From NCBI GenBank assembly GCA_050949315.1, contig JBMNFL010000001.1, positions 512,001 to 576,000 on the forward strand: DNA of 64,000 nucleotides. The letters are read 5' to 3'. The translations under genes were made by a program, and so were the position numbers. The notes under the pieces were generated by a model. That model ran no database searches, had not been told where the DNA came from, and saw only the letters and a program-made list of their open reading frames with translations. Shown here piece by piece: positions 46,866-56,310 of this stretch (its first letter is position 1; every line of letters begins with the position of its first letter). The stretch is from Bacilli bacterium. GTDB lineage: Bacteria > Bacillota_I > Bacilli_A > RFN20 > UBA1709.

Positions 46866-48848
46866 TTAAGCTGCTGTCTTCTTTCTACTCTTTCTAAAAT
46901 ACTTTCTCTTTTTAAAAGGCTCCATATAATCACAATCGGGAAAGCGACTGCAACCAAGGAAAGAACCATACTTACCTTGACGTGTGATGAGATGGCCTTG
47001 ACCACATTTGGGACAAACCTTGGCGTTTTTAGGAATAACAACTTCCTTAGGTTTAATATAGTTGCAGCTAGGAAAGTCGCTACAGCCGATAAAGGAACCA
47101 AACTTACCATTGCGGTAGACAAGGGCTTTACCACACTTAGGACAAACCTCATCCTTTACTTCAATCGTCTTTTGAGTCGGCATATGCTCTAAGGCGTTTT
47201 TCAATTCTTCAACAAAATTATCATTGAATTCTTTTAAGACCTCTAATTTATCGACTTCTTTGGTCTCGATTTTATCTAAATACTTTTCCATCTTGGCGGT
47301 ATATTCAACATTTATAGTTCTTTTAATATACTCCCGTAATTTTTCATCAACTAACTCACCCTGTGGCAAAGGATAAATTAAACCTTTTTCAACTTGAATA
47401 TAATGTTCACGTAACTTTTCGATGGTAACAGCATAAGTACTAGGCCGACCAATACCCGTTTCTTCCATCTTTTTAACAAGTTGCCCTTCAGAATAACGGG
47501 CTGGAGGCTTAGTGCTAACATCTTCTATAAGATAATCTTTAACTTTAACACTGTCGCCAATTTGATAATCTAAAGCCTGATATCCTTCCTTCTTACTTGT
47601 TGATAGCCAGGAGTCAAGAACACTGTGTCCTGGGAAGATAACTTCATTACTACTCGCTTCTGCTTCATAAGACTGGGCCTCGAAAAAACTCTTATGAACG
47701 ATAAGTTTTTTGGCCGTCATAATCGAGGCCAAAGCCCGAACATAAATAAGTTTATATATTTTATATTGGCTGAGATTCAAATATTCCCTAACATCATCGG
47801 GCTTAATGTTGATATCAATCGGTCTTATCGCTTCATGGGCTCCTTGCACTAGAGCCGTTTCTTTTTGAACATAGGCCTTACCAACATATTCAGGACCAAA
47901 ATTATCGTTGATGAATTGCTTAGCCTGATTAATAAAAATCGGACTTAACTGGATGGAATCGGTACGATGATAGGTAATTAAACCCGTCGTTTTCTTACCA
48001 ATATTTACACTTTCAAAAAGCGTTTGGGCCAGTTTCATAGTTCTATTAGCCGAGAAACCAAAATAATTTGAAGCTTCTCTTAAAAGATTAGAGGTTGTTA
48101 GGGGAAATCTTGGCTTAACACTAGTTTCCTCCTGCGTTAAATCTTTAACAACTAAAACATTACCGAGTTCTGCAATAACTTTTTCGGCTTCGGCCTGGCT
48201 CTTGATTTTTAGTTCTTTACCTTGATATTTAGTAATGGTAGCCTTTAAGTTTTTTGTTAGTTTTGCTTGAACTTTATAGGCTTCTTCTGGCTCAAAAGCG
48301 GCGATTTCTTTTTCACGGTCGACAATTAAGCGTAAAGTTGCCGACTGCACCCTTCCCGCGGATTCTTGTCCTAATTTGTTCTGCACTAAATAAGAAAGAC
48401 GAAAACCAATGATGCGATCCATAATCCGTCTAACTTCTTGGGAATCAACAGTATCCATATTGATAGGACGCGGATTAGCTAGTCCTTTTTCAATACCGTA
48501 TTTGGTAATTTCATTAAAGACTAATCTTTTGCAGTCCTTCTCTTTAAGATTTAATATCTCATAAAGATGCCAAGCGATGGCTTCTCCTTCACGATCAGGG
48601 TCGGTGGCTAAATAGACTTCATCCGCCTTATCAACCATATTTTGTAAACGTTTAATAATCCATTCTTTTTTAGGCAAAATCTCATAAGTCGGTTTGAAAT
48701 CATTCTCAATATCAACCCCAAGATTATACTTGCCGGTGGTGGAAAGGTCGCGAACATGCCCAAAAGAAGCAGCGACTTGATAGTCCTTGCCCAAATACTT
48801 GGCAATCGCCTTGGTCTTATTTGGTGATTCAACAATTACTAATTTCAT
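46866..48848 (-). CDS. topA: DNA topoisomerase I
   Basis: IVESPNK, ATDPDREGE, SAGRVQ, ITYHRTDS; two C-terminal Zn ribbons. Confidence 0.97.
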   Translation of the reverse strand: MKLVIVESPNKTKAIAKYLGKDYQVAASFGHVRDLSTTGKYNLGVDIENDFKPTYEILPKKEWIIKRLQNMVDKADEVYLATDPDREGEAIAWHLYEILNLKEKDCKRLVFNEITKYGIEKGLANPRPINMDTVDSQEVRRIMDRIIGFRLSYLVQNKLGQESAGRVQSATLRLIVDREKEIAAFEPEEAYKVQAKLTKNLKATITKYQGKELKIKSQAEAEKVIAELGNVLVVKDLTQEETSVKPRFPLTTSNLLREASNYFGFSANRTMKLAQTLFESVNIGKKTTGLITYHRTDSIQLSPIFINQAKQFINDNFGPEYVGKAYVQKETALVQGAHEAIRPIDINIKPDDVREYLNLSQYKIYKLIYVRALASIMTAKKLIVHKSFFEAQSYEAEASSNEVIFPGHSVLDSWLSTSKKEGYQALDYQIGDSVKVKDYLIEDVSTKPPARYSEGQLVKKMEETGIGRPSTYAVTIEKLREHYIQVEKGLIYPLPQGELVDEKLREYIKRTINVEYTAKMEKYLDKIETKEVDKLEVLKEFNDNFVEELKNALEHMPTQKTIEVKDEVCPKCGKALVYRNGKFGSFIGCSDFPSCNYIKPKEVVIPKNAKVCPKCGQGHLITRQGKYGSFLGCSRFPDCDYMEPFKKRKYFRKSRKKTAA

Positions 48849-48952
48849 AAACTACCCCTCCTCCGTATCTAACATTATCAAGCCAATTTTAAAAATGTCA
48901 AACGATTTTGACCGCCCTTTTTTGTATGTTATAGATAACATAAATTTTTTAT

Positions 48953-49711
48953 TTAAATGCTTAATTCAATGTCTTTCGCTTCTTCAACTAAATAAGCACA
49001 ATCTCTAATTAATTTATTACAAACACTCTTTTCATCAGCCCTTGCTGGAACACAGTAAACATCTTTCCCCTGTTCTAAGGCATGGCGGACGGTAATAAGA
49101 GTGCCACTGCGATAATACGCTTCAGTAACCAAAACGGCTTGACCAAGACCGGCTACTAAACGATTGCGAAAATGAAAACTAAGAGGTTCAGCTGGTACCC
49201 CATCAGGGTATTCACTTAGAATTAGACCCTTTTCAGCAATTTCTTGATATAACTCTCTGTTACTAAAAGGATATTTAATATCAAGTCCATTAGCGACGAC
49301 CGCAATGGTCTTGCCGCTGTTAGCTAGTGCTGTGCGATGAGCGACACCATCTACCCCACAAGCCAAGCCACTAATAATAGTAAAGCCTTCACTAACTAAA
49401 TCCCTAACTAAAGAGGCCGTCATCTGCTGACCATAAGAACTCATTTTGCGCGTCCCAACTACTGTCAAGCGCTTCTCTTCTTTTAACAAAGATAGATCCC
49501 CTTCATAAAAAAGAAGATAAGGTGGGCGCTCCACTTGCTTTAAACAGTCTGGATAGTCCGCATCTAGCAAAGTCAAATAAGGCCGCTTGTTAATTCTTTT
49601 AAATTCTTCTAATTTTACTTCATCAATTCTTTCTTTGTTTTTAATGCTCTGGTAAATCTTGTTCCAATCGCCATGATGCAACATGACGAAATAAAACACG
49701 ATATCTCGCAT
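48953..49711 (-). CDS. dprA: DNA-processing protein DprA
   Basis: VVGTRK, SGLACGVD, SEYP and RNRLVAGL motifs. Confidence 0.95.
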   Translation of the reverse strand: MRDIVFYFVMLHHGDWNKIYQSIKNKERIDEVKLEEFKRINKRPYLTLLDADYPDCLKQVERPPYLLFYEGDLSLLKEEKRLTVVGTRKMSSYGQQMTASLVRDLVSEGFTIISGLACGVDGVAHRTALANSGKTIAVVANGLDIKYPFSNRELYQEIAEKGLILSEYPDGVPAEPLSFHFRNRLVAGLGQAVLVTEAYYRSGTLITVRHALEQGKDVYCVPARADEKSVCNKLIRDCAYLVEEAKDIELSI

Positions 49712-49773
49712 TTTCGATATCCCTCCTTTACAAATTTAATTGTAAACCAAAAAGAACCTTTTGTCCTTTCTTT

Positions 49774-50400
49774 TTAAATATTTAACTTCATTTGTTTACT
49801 GAGCAAAGTCTTAATAGGCTCAAAGCTACGGCGATGCAAGGGACAAATCCCATGCTCTTCTATGGCCAAAAGATGTTTTTTAGTCCCATAACCCATATTG
49901 TTTTTAAAATCATATTCAGGGTACTGTTTATCATACTCTAACATTAATTGATCACGGGTCACTTTAGCTAAGATAGAAGCCGCCGCCACCGTTTGTGACA
50001 AACCATCGCCATTAACCAAGGCTTGAACTGGAAAGGCTAGACCAGTAAGTGGCATCGCATCAGTTAAAGCCGCATCAATTCGGTGATTGATCTTTTCAAA
50101 GCAGCGCAACATTCCCTGACGTGAAGCTTCATAAATATTGTATTTATCAATTTCTTCTAAACTGAGAATTTGAATGGAATAAGCTAGAGCCTCTTTTTTT
50201 ATCACTTCGAAGAGCTCTTCACGCTTCTTGGCACTCAACTTCTTAGAATCATCAATTTCCGGATTTAAATAATCATTAGGAAAAATAACGGCCGCGACCA
50301 CAAGGGGACCTGCGATAGGGCCTCTTCCCGCTTCATCGCTACCAGCAATAAACTCATAACCCTGTTTATTCAGTTCTTGCTCATAGTCCCTATTAGCCAT
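49774..50400 (-). CDS. rnhB: Ribonuclease HII
   Basis: DEAGRGP, DSKKL, AAASILAKV and HRRSF motifs. Confidence 0.96.
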   Translation of the reverse strand: MANRDYEQELNKQGYEFIAGSDEAGRGPIAGPLVVAAVIFPNDYLNPEIDDSKKLSAKKREELFEVIKKEALAYSIQILSLEEIDKYNIYEASRQGMLRCFEKINHRIDAALTDAMPLTGLAFPVQALVNGDGLSQTVAAASILAKVTRDQLMLEYDKQYPEYDFKNNMGYGTKKHLLAIEEHGICPLHRRSFEPIKTLLSKQMKLNI

Positions 50401-51274
50401 TCAAATCACTAACTCTTTCCAAACTAAAGCGCCCAAGCTTACCATCGGCAAATTCTTTTAAAAGGGTATTTAAAGCGCGCTCGGTATCTAAAGCACTGCC
50501 TTCTTTCAAAAAGGAACGCGACTTAGCAATGGCCTCAAGAATAGTAAAACTTCCTTTTTCATTTGTTAAATCTTCATCAAGCTTGTAAGCCTCTTTTAAA
50601 CTTCCTGGATAATCTTTGATTAATTTTTCAATTAACTTTTGACCCAAAAAATCTTTAGGTAAGACAGTATCTTTAATCGTCCCAATCAAGGCGAGATTAA
50701 GAGCCGCTCTTTTATCTTCTAAATTCGGCCATAAAACCCCTGGCGTATCTAGCAAAACAAAATCTTGATCCACCTTGACAAATTGTTGATTGCGCGTTAC
50801 CCCTGGGCGATTTTCTACATTAGCCGCCTTCCTGCCGGCTAATTTATTAATCAAACTTGATTTCCCTACATTGGGTATGCCAACAATTAAGGCTCTAATT
50901 GGTCTTTCTCTTAAGCCCTTGACCTTTTCTTTTAGGAATTTTTCTTTTAAAAGCTGCTGGCAATTTTGCTTTAAAGCCTTACTATCAAAACTTTTTAAAT
51001 TAAAAAACATAACTGCTTTACCCTGTAAGCGATAATATTCAAGCCACTCTTCACTAAGCCTAGCATCGGCAAGATCGGTTTTTGTTAAGATAATTAAATG
51101 GGGCTTTTTTCCAATTAGGGCTTGAACCTTGGGATTATGAGAAGAAAAAGGAGCTCGAGCATCCAATAACTCAATAACAACATCAACAGCCTTCAGTTGC
51201 TCTTTAATCTTGCGCAAGGCCTTGGCCATATGCCCAGGGAACCAGTTGATATTGGTTTTATTATTCAATTGCAT
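50393..51274 (-). CDS. rbgA: Ribosome biogenesis GTPase RbgA/YlqF
   Basis: WFPGHM, DARAP, GIPNVGKSS and DTPG motifs. Confidence 0.96.
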   Translation of the reverse strand: MQLNNKTNINWFPGHMAKALRKIKEQLKAVDVVIELLDARAPFSSHNPKVQALIGKKPHLIILTKTDLADARLSEEWLEYYRLQGKAVMFFNLKSFDSKALKQNCQQLLKEKFLKEKVKGLRERPIRALIVGIPNVGKSSLINKLAGRKAANVENRPGVTRNQQFVKVDQDFVLLDTPGVLWPNLEDKRAALNLALIGTIKDTVLPKDFLGQKLIEKLIKDYPGSLKEAYKLDEDLTNEKGSFTILEAIAKSRSFLKEGSALDTERALNTLLKEFADGKLGRFSLERVSDLNG

Positions 51275-52232
51275 CACCTCTTTTTAGAAAGTTCATTATT
51301 AAATCTACTAATATATTTTTTTCATTAGGATTAGATTTCGCTGTTAAAAGAGTAATTGCAACAAGCGTATTATTATCAATAACTTCCTTACCTTTATAAT
51401 ATAAAATATTGTAAAACTCTAAAAAGTAAATAAATAATGTGGCGGCTATTCTTTTATTTCCGTCAATAAACACGTGATTTTTTATGATTAAATATAAAAA
51501 GTTGGCAGCTTTTTCTTCAATTGTTTTATATACATCTTCACCATCAAATGTCTGATATATATTCCCAATTATTGCTTCAAGTCCTCTATCTCTTTCAAGA
51601 GCAAAAATATTAGAATTATTATTAAATTTTAATTTATTTATAATTTTTATACATTCATCATATGTTATTCTTTTATCGTCAGATAAACCTCTAGGTTTAA
51701 TTATTTTTTTATGATCATAATCATCTAATAAATCAAATGCTTCTTTATAATTATTAATAACTCTGATAATATCTTTCGCTTCATCGCCTGTTAAATTAGC
51801 ATCAATTCTTCCTGCTATGTCTATTAATTGAACTTTCTTTTCTAAATATTCTAATCTGTTTTGATCAGCGGCATAACCTTTTAATAAATATTCCTTTAGT
51901 ACTTTATTAGCCCATTGTCTAAAAATTATTCCATTTTTAGATTTAACTCTGTAACCAACACTTATTATCATATCTAAATTATAATAATCTATCATTTTAG
52001 TTTGACTTTTTCCTTTGATAGCACCATGAATAGTGGTGCTCGCAAATTTTGCGACTACCACTTTTTCGTCTAATTCTTCTTTTAAAGCATTATTAATATG
52101 TTTTCTTATTGTTTTATAATCTCTATTAAATAATTCTGCTATTTGCTCTGAATTTAACCAAACTGTATCGTCTTTTACATTGACTTCTAATTTAACTTTT
52201 TGATTTTCAAAAATTACTAATTCATTTTTCAT
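51261..52232 (-). CDS. RhuM-like DNA-binding domain fused to Doc/Fic domain
   Basis: TVWL...IAELF and YNLDMIISVGYRVKS (RhuM); HVFIDGNKR (Doc-type Fic); visibly more AT-rich than flanks. Confidence 0.88.
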   Translation of the reverse strand: MKNELVIFENQKVKLEVNVKDDTVWLNSEQIAELFNRDYKTIRKHINNALKEELDEKVVVAKFASTTIHGAIKGKSQTKMIDYYNLDMIISVGYRVKSKNGIIFRQWANKVLKEYLLKGYAADQNRLEYLEKKVQLIDIAGRIDANLTGDEAKDIIRVINNYKEAFDLLDDYDHKKIIKPRGLSDDKRITYDECIKIINKLKFNNNSNIFALERDRGLEAIIGNIYQTFDGEDVYKTIEEKAANFLYLIIKNHVFIDGNKRIAATLFIYFLEFYNILYYKGKEVIDNNTLVAITLLTAKSNPNEKNILVDLIMNFLKRGDAIE

Positions 52233-52396
52233 AACATTTCCTCCTTTCTATATATTATTGCCTTTTAATTATAAATTATCTATAATTTCTAATTTTTCCT
52301 TTTAAATTGGCCAGAAATTCCTGATGGTTATTTTTGCATTTAACCAATTATCATTTTTATTATCTTATATAGACATCTTGTATGTTATTCTGTATG

Positions 52397-52795
52397 TTAT
52401 AAACAATTATTATGTAAACTCTTCTTATAATTCCAAAGACCTAAACTGCCCTTTATTTTAATTCTATCTTTATAGATTAAGGGGTTTTCTAATTTCCAAG
52501 CGTATTGGCCAACATGATCATTTTTATAAATATCTTCTTTTGCTTTTCTTAAAGCCCTATCCATCTGCTCATCTACTAATATGCAGTCGGTAAGCTTTAC
52601 TTCCCCAATAATCTCGCCATGGCCATAATCTAAATTATAGTTTTTAAAGCGTTCTAACTCCCACTTCTCAACATGCTTCCCCGCATGAATCAATAATCTA
52701 CCTCGGTAACTAGTTTTCCAAGATCTAAATTCATATTCTTTTAAGCCTTTGATGATCAAACTCGCCCAAGGCTCTTTTATTGTCAACACTTTCAT
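52397..52795 (-). CDS. ASCH domain protein
   Basis: LTIKEPWASLI..G.K.YEFRSW.T.YRG.LLIHA and YAW...KGSLGLW motifs. Confidence 0.9.
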   Translation of the reverse strand: MKVLTIKEPWASLIIKGLKEYEFRSWKTSYRGRLLIHAGKHVEKWELERFKNYNLDYGHGEIIGEVKLTDCILVDEQMDRALRKAKEDIYKNDHVGQYAWKLENPLIYKDRIKIKGSLGLWNYKKSLHNNCL

Positions 52796-52803
52796 AAAGT
52801 GTC

Positions 52804-53256
52804 TTAGGTTGACTTTCTTAAATTTTCAAGGAAAGCGACAAATTCTTCTTGATCCTTTTCATTAGGGCGTCCTTTTCCCGTGCCACCAAAAAGTTTAAGC
52901 GGTCCAAAAGTATCAAAACCCTTGCAGAAATAAATCCCCTTAACGGTTAAGCCTTTCGCCAAAAGCTTTTTCTGCTGTCTTAATCCATACATTTTAAAAT
53001 TAAAGCCCGCGGTGTAAACCAAGAAAACTTTAGATAATTCTTCGATATGTTCATCGACAAATTTGTTCAGACTCTGATGAAATTGGGCCGCATAAATTCC
53101 CGAAGCTAGCCCCACCAAATCATACTGAGAAAAATCAACTCCTTGACAATCATCCGCCCGATAAAAATCACAGTCTTTGGCAGCTCTAATCAACTTCTCC
53201 GTATTGCCGTGATGTACGGACATATAAACTATGGCTATTTTCATTGCTCTCACCAT
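52804..53256 (-). CDS. Flavodoxin-like protein
   Basis: YMSVHHGNT FMN-binding loop; SGIY; FCKGFDTFGP...GRP. Confidence 0.85.
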   Translation of the reverse strand: MVRAMKIAIVYMSVHHGNTEKLIRAAKDCDFYRADDCQGVDFSQYDLVGLASGIYAAQFHQSLNKFVDEHIEELSKVFLVYTAGFNFKMYGLRQQKKLLAKGLTVKGIYFCKGFDTFGPLKLFGGTGKGRPNEKDQEEFVAFLENLRKST

Positions 53257-53810
53257 CCAATAAATTTAGGCCAATACCAATTTTTAACGCCATCTTTTTC
53301 TTGACCATAGATAATGATACCCTTACTGATAATACTGCTTTCTTTTATGGGACCAAAATCCCGCGAATCAATTGAAACATCGCGATTATCACCCAAAACA
53401 AAATATTCATCTTCACCTAAGGTAACTCCTGTTAAACTACAAAAATCACAAAATTCAAAGGTCTTGGACCTATTCTCGGCATCAATAAAATCTTCAGCTA
53501 CATACTCCCCATTAATATAAAGCCCCTTGTCATGATAGGCCACATTTTCATTAGGTAAGCCAACAATTCTTTTAACTAAAACCTTATCACTATTTACTTT
53601 ATGAAAAGCAACAACATTGAAACGTTTAAGGCCTCCTATTTTTAATTTGCCAGTTAAGCCATATTCGCCATCTTGTAAGGTGGGCTCCATAGAAATACCG
53701 CTGACAATGATGCTTTCTAGGGTTAATGGCCGCACAACAAAAAAGGCCAACGAAAGCGCAATGACAACAATCAAGATGATATTTACTAATCTTCTCCGTT
53801 CTTTTCTCAT
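53250..53810 (-). CDS. lepB: Signal peptidase I
   Basis: GISMEPTL, VKRIVGLP and GDNRDVSIDSR motifs. Confidence 0.95.
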   Translation of the reverse strand: MRKERRRLVNIILIVVIALSLAFFVVRPLTLESIIVSGISMEPTLQDGEYGLTGKLKIGGLKRFNVVAFHKVNSDKVLVKRIVGLPNENVAYHDKGLYINGEYVAEDFIDAENRSKTFEFCDFCSLTGVTLGEDEYFVLGDNRDVSIDSRDFGPIKESSIISKGIIIYGQEKDGVKNWYWPKFIGW

Positions 53811-53857
53811 AAGTTACCTCGCTAGATATTATAACACTTTCTAAAAAGTGAATAAAC

Positions 53858-53884
53858 AAAAAAGGCTACTCTGATAGCCCTTTT
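53858..53884 (-). terminator. rplS terminator
   Basis: GGCTA-N6-TAGCC stem flanked by A/T runs. Confidence 0.7.
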
Positions 53885-53885
53885 G

Positions 53886-54239
53886 TCACTTTTGAACTTT
53901 GTCTTTAATTCGCGTAGCCTTACCTGTTCTTTTACGCAGGTAATATAATTTTGCTCTTCTAACGGCCCCAACCCGTACAACTTCAATTTTCGCAATTAAG
54001 GGCGAATGAAGCGGGAAGGTTCTTTCAACCCCAATTTGGGAAGAGAGCTTACGCACGGTAAACGATTCGGAAATCCCCGCACCCCTACGAGCGATAACGG
54101 CGCCTTGGAAGATTTGAATCCGCTCTTTATTACCTTCAACGATTCTTACGTGAACTTTCACGGTATCACCCGCTTTAAATTCGGGGATATTGGTCTTAAG
54201 TTGGTCTTCAGTAACCTTCTTAACTAATTCCATGTTCAT
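53886..54239 (-). CDS. rplS: 50S ribosomal protein L19
   Basis: [22 protein letters not shown] and [10 protein letters not shown] motifs. Confidence 0.98.
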   Translation of the reverse strand: MNMELVKKVTEDQLKTNIPEFKAGDTVKVHVRIVEGNKERIQIFQGAVIARRGAGISESFTVRKLSSQIGVERTFPLHSPLIAKIEVVRVGAVRRAKLYYLRKRTGKATRIKDKVQK

Positions 54240-54261
54240 GTAATCACACTCCTTTAAATTT

Positions 54262-54299
54262 CAGATGTTCATAGGTCGTGACTCCTAGCGGAGCATCCT
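54262..54299 (-). ncRNA. L19 ribosomal protein leader
   Basis: GATGCTCCGCTAGG...CCTATGAACATC hairpin upstream of rplS, matching the Firmicutes L19 leader pattern; promoter TTGAAC-17-TAAAAT at 54319-54347. Confidence 0.8.
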
Positions 54300-54357
54300 A
54301 GCGTTATGCGCAAGATGTATTTTAACAAATAGCCGTTTATAGTTCAAGATTTTTTTA

Positions 54358-55131
54358 TTAATCTAAGAACTTTTTACCCTTTTCTAAGGCTTCAAGATAC
54401 CAAGCGGGTTCTTCTTCGCCCTTTTCAATTTCTTTTAATAAGGAAAGTTCAAGCTTGCTATATTTGCGACCCACTAGTAGATCAGGTCTTTTTTTCATCG
54501 TCTCTTTTAACTGTTCCTTAAGGCGCCATTTTTTGATGGCCTCATGATTGCCACAAAGAAGAATTGGGGGAACCTCAGCCCCTTCATAGACCCTAGGGAA
54601 AGTATATTGAGGATATTCTAAAAGACCATTATCAAAAGATTCGATATCTAAAGAATCTTCAGAAATCGCTCCATCAAGTAAACGAATCACCGCATCCGCT
54701 AATACCATGGCCGGCAGTTCGCCACCCGTTAATATGTAATCTCCTAAGGAAATTTCTAAATTCACTTGTTTTAAAACCCGCTCATCAATGCCTTCATAAT
54801 GACCACAGAGCAAAATCAAATGTTTTTCCTTACTCAATTCTTTAGCCATTTTCTGATTAAATACTTGGCCTTTAGGTGAAAGATAAATCACCTTGGATTC
54901 TTCTTTTCTTACCGTCTTTAAACAATCAAGTATCGGTTGACACTTCATAACTAAACCCGCGCCACCGCCTAAAGGATAATCATCAACTCGATAATTCTTA
55001 TCCAAGGTAAAGTCGCGAATATTGCTTACCCTTAGGGAAACGACTTTTTTACTAACTGCTCTTTTAATAATGGAGGTTTCAAAAAAGGGTTTAAAAAGCT
55101 CGGGAAATAAGGTTAAAAAGTCTATTCTCAT
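54358..55131 (-). CDS. trmD: tRNA (guanine-N1)-methyltransferase
   Basis: TLFPE, CGHYEGIDER, GDYILTGGE and LLEYPQYT motifs. Confidence 0.97.
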   Translation of the reverse strand: MRIDFLTLFPELFKPFFETSIIKRAVSKKVVSLRVSNIRDFTLDKNYRVDDYPLGGGAGLVMKCQPILDCLKTVRKEESKVIYLSPKGQVFNQKMAKELSKEKHLILLCGHYEGIDERVLKQVNLEISLGDYILTGGELPAMVLADAVIRLLDGAISEDSLDIESFDNGLLEYPQYTFPRVYEGAEVPPILLCGNHEAIKKWRLKEQLKETMKKRPDLLVGRKYSKLELSLLKEIEKGEEEPAWYLEALEKGKKFLD

Positions 55132-55637
55132 AACAAACCCTCTATTCTTTTAATAATGATTCTTTTCTGCTCGATATCAACCTTAACTAAATAACTCGCA
55201 ACAAAGGGAATCAAATATTGTTTTTCTGAACCTTGGACGCGTAAAATTGCTTGGGCGCCATAGTTTTCTACGGCTAAAACCAAACCGATTTTCTCACCAT
55301 CTTCAAAACTGACTTCACAATTAATTAACTCATAATAATAGTAATGGTCACCATCTAGTTTTGGTAAGGCTTCAGTTGGGAATTGTACCAAGAAATCCTT
55401 GTATTTTTTGGCTGTCTCAACATCTTGTATTTCTAAAACCTGTAGATAGATAAAGTCTCCACTGACTGTATATTTACTGACCGTGAAACTCTCACGAAGA
55501 TCAAGCTCTTCGTTATAAAAATAAATTTTACTACCTTTTTGATAACGCTCACTAACAAAGTCGCTAAAAGATAAAAGTTTAAGTTCACCTTTAAGCCCAC
55601 GCGTGTTGATAATCTTACCCAAATTGATATATTCCAT
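55128..55637 (-). CDS. rimM: Ribosome maturation factor RimM
   Basis: GKIINTRGLKGE, YYYELINC and LIPFV motifs; synteny. Confidence 0.94.
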   Translation of the reverse strand: MEYINLGKIINTRGLKGELKLLSFSDFVSERYQKGSKIYFYNEELDLRESFTVSKYTVSGDFIYLQVLEIQDVETAKKYKDFLVQFPTEALPKLDGDHYYYYELINCEVSFEDGEKIGLVLAVENYGAQAILRVQGSEKQYLIPFVASYLVKVDIEQKRIIIKRIEGLL

Positions 55638-55684
55638 TTAGATCCCTCAGTTTTATTTTACAAAAAAAGGTGACAACTTGCCAC

Positions 55685-55951
55685 CTATTCAGTTTCTTTC
55701 TCTTCATAAGATTCGAATTTAAGGTAAATTCGCTTATCGTTTAACTTACCTGCAACATTAACCACTTCGCGAATAGATGTGGCTACCCCACCCCCACGGC
55801 CAATTAAACGTGCTGTATCATTCGCTTCCGCTACCACCAAAATTTGAATATGCCCCTTGCCCTTTTCACTTGGGATTTCCCGAATAAGCAGAGCTTCAGG
55901 TTTCGCAACTAAAGGTTCAACTATATCACGGACTAATTTAACGTAATCCAT
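55685..55951 (-). CDS. khpA: KH-domain RNA-binding protein
   Basis: RLIGRGG KH loop; located between rpsP and rimM. Confidence 0.88.
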   Translation of the reverse strand: MDYVKLVRDIVEPLVAKPEALLIREIPSEKGKGHIQILVVAEANDTARLIGRGGGVATSIREVVNVAGKLNDKRIYLKFESYEEKETE

Positions 55952-55953
55952 GA

Positions 55954-56235
55954 TTAAACCTCTTCTTTTTCTTCGCGAATTTCCTTGTAAAGGCCTTGCT
56001 TCTTAAAGATATTCTTAACGGTATCGGTGGGTTGAGCTCCTACTTTGAGCCATTTTTTAGCGGCTTCATGATCAAGTCTAACTAAGGCTGGAGTGTTAGC
56101 TTCTTGAACAGGTTGATAAATTCCAATCTCTTGAATAAAGCGTCCATCTCTTGGCGAACGCGAATCCGCAACGACAATGCGATAGCTGGCATGCTTGTGG
56201 CGTCCAATTCTCTTTAATCTGATTTTAACTGCCAT
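55954..56235 (-). CDS. rpsP: 30S ribosomal protein S16
   Basis: [11 protein letters not shown] and [17 protein letters not shown]; start at ATG 56235 behind AAGGAG; promoter TTGACA-17-TAGACT. Confidence 0.98.
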   Translation of the reverse strand: MAVKIRLKRIGRHKHASYRIVVADSRSPRDGRFIQEIGIYQPVQEANTPALVRLDHEAAKKWLKVGAQPTDTVKNIFKKQGLYKEIREEKEEV

Positions 56236-56310
56236 AATCTTTTCTCCTTTTAATAACAGACATAGTCTAACAAACAAAAAGTTAGATGTCAACTATTTTT
56301 ACTTGACACC

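Noticed and set aside
48921-48945. TATGTTA-TAGA-TAACATA palindrome and recurring TGTATGTT words (20920, 48923, 52378, 52391) as a shared mobile-element end
   Set aside because: Short AT-rich words with no consistent position relative to genes; compatible with chance or a weak terminator.
46783-52420. Xer-mediated inversion joining the XerC-like arm (46783) and the XerD-like arm (52410)
   Set aside because: The geometry would rebuild a dif site, but the enclosed genes are in ancestral order and orientation relative to their flanks, so there is no sign of inversion.
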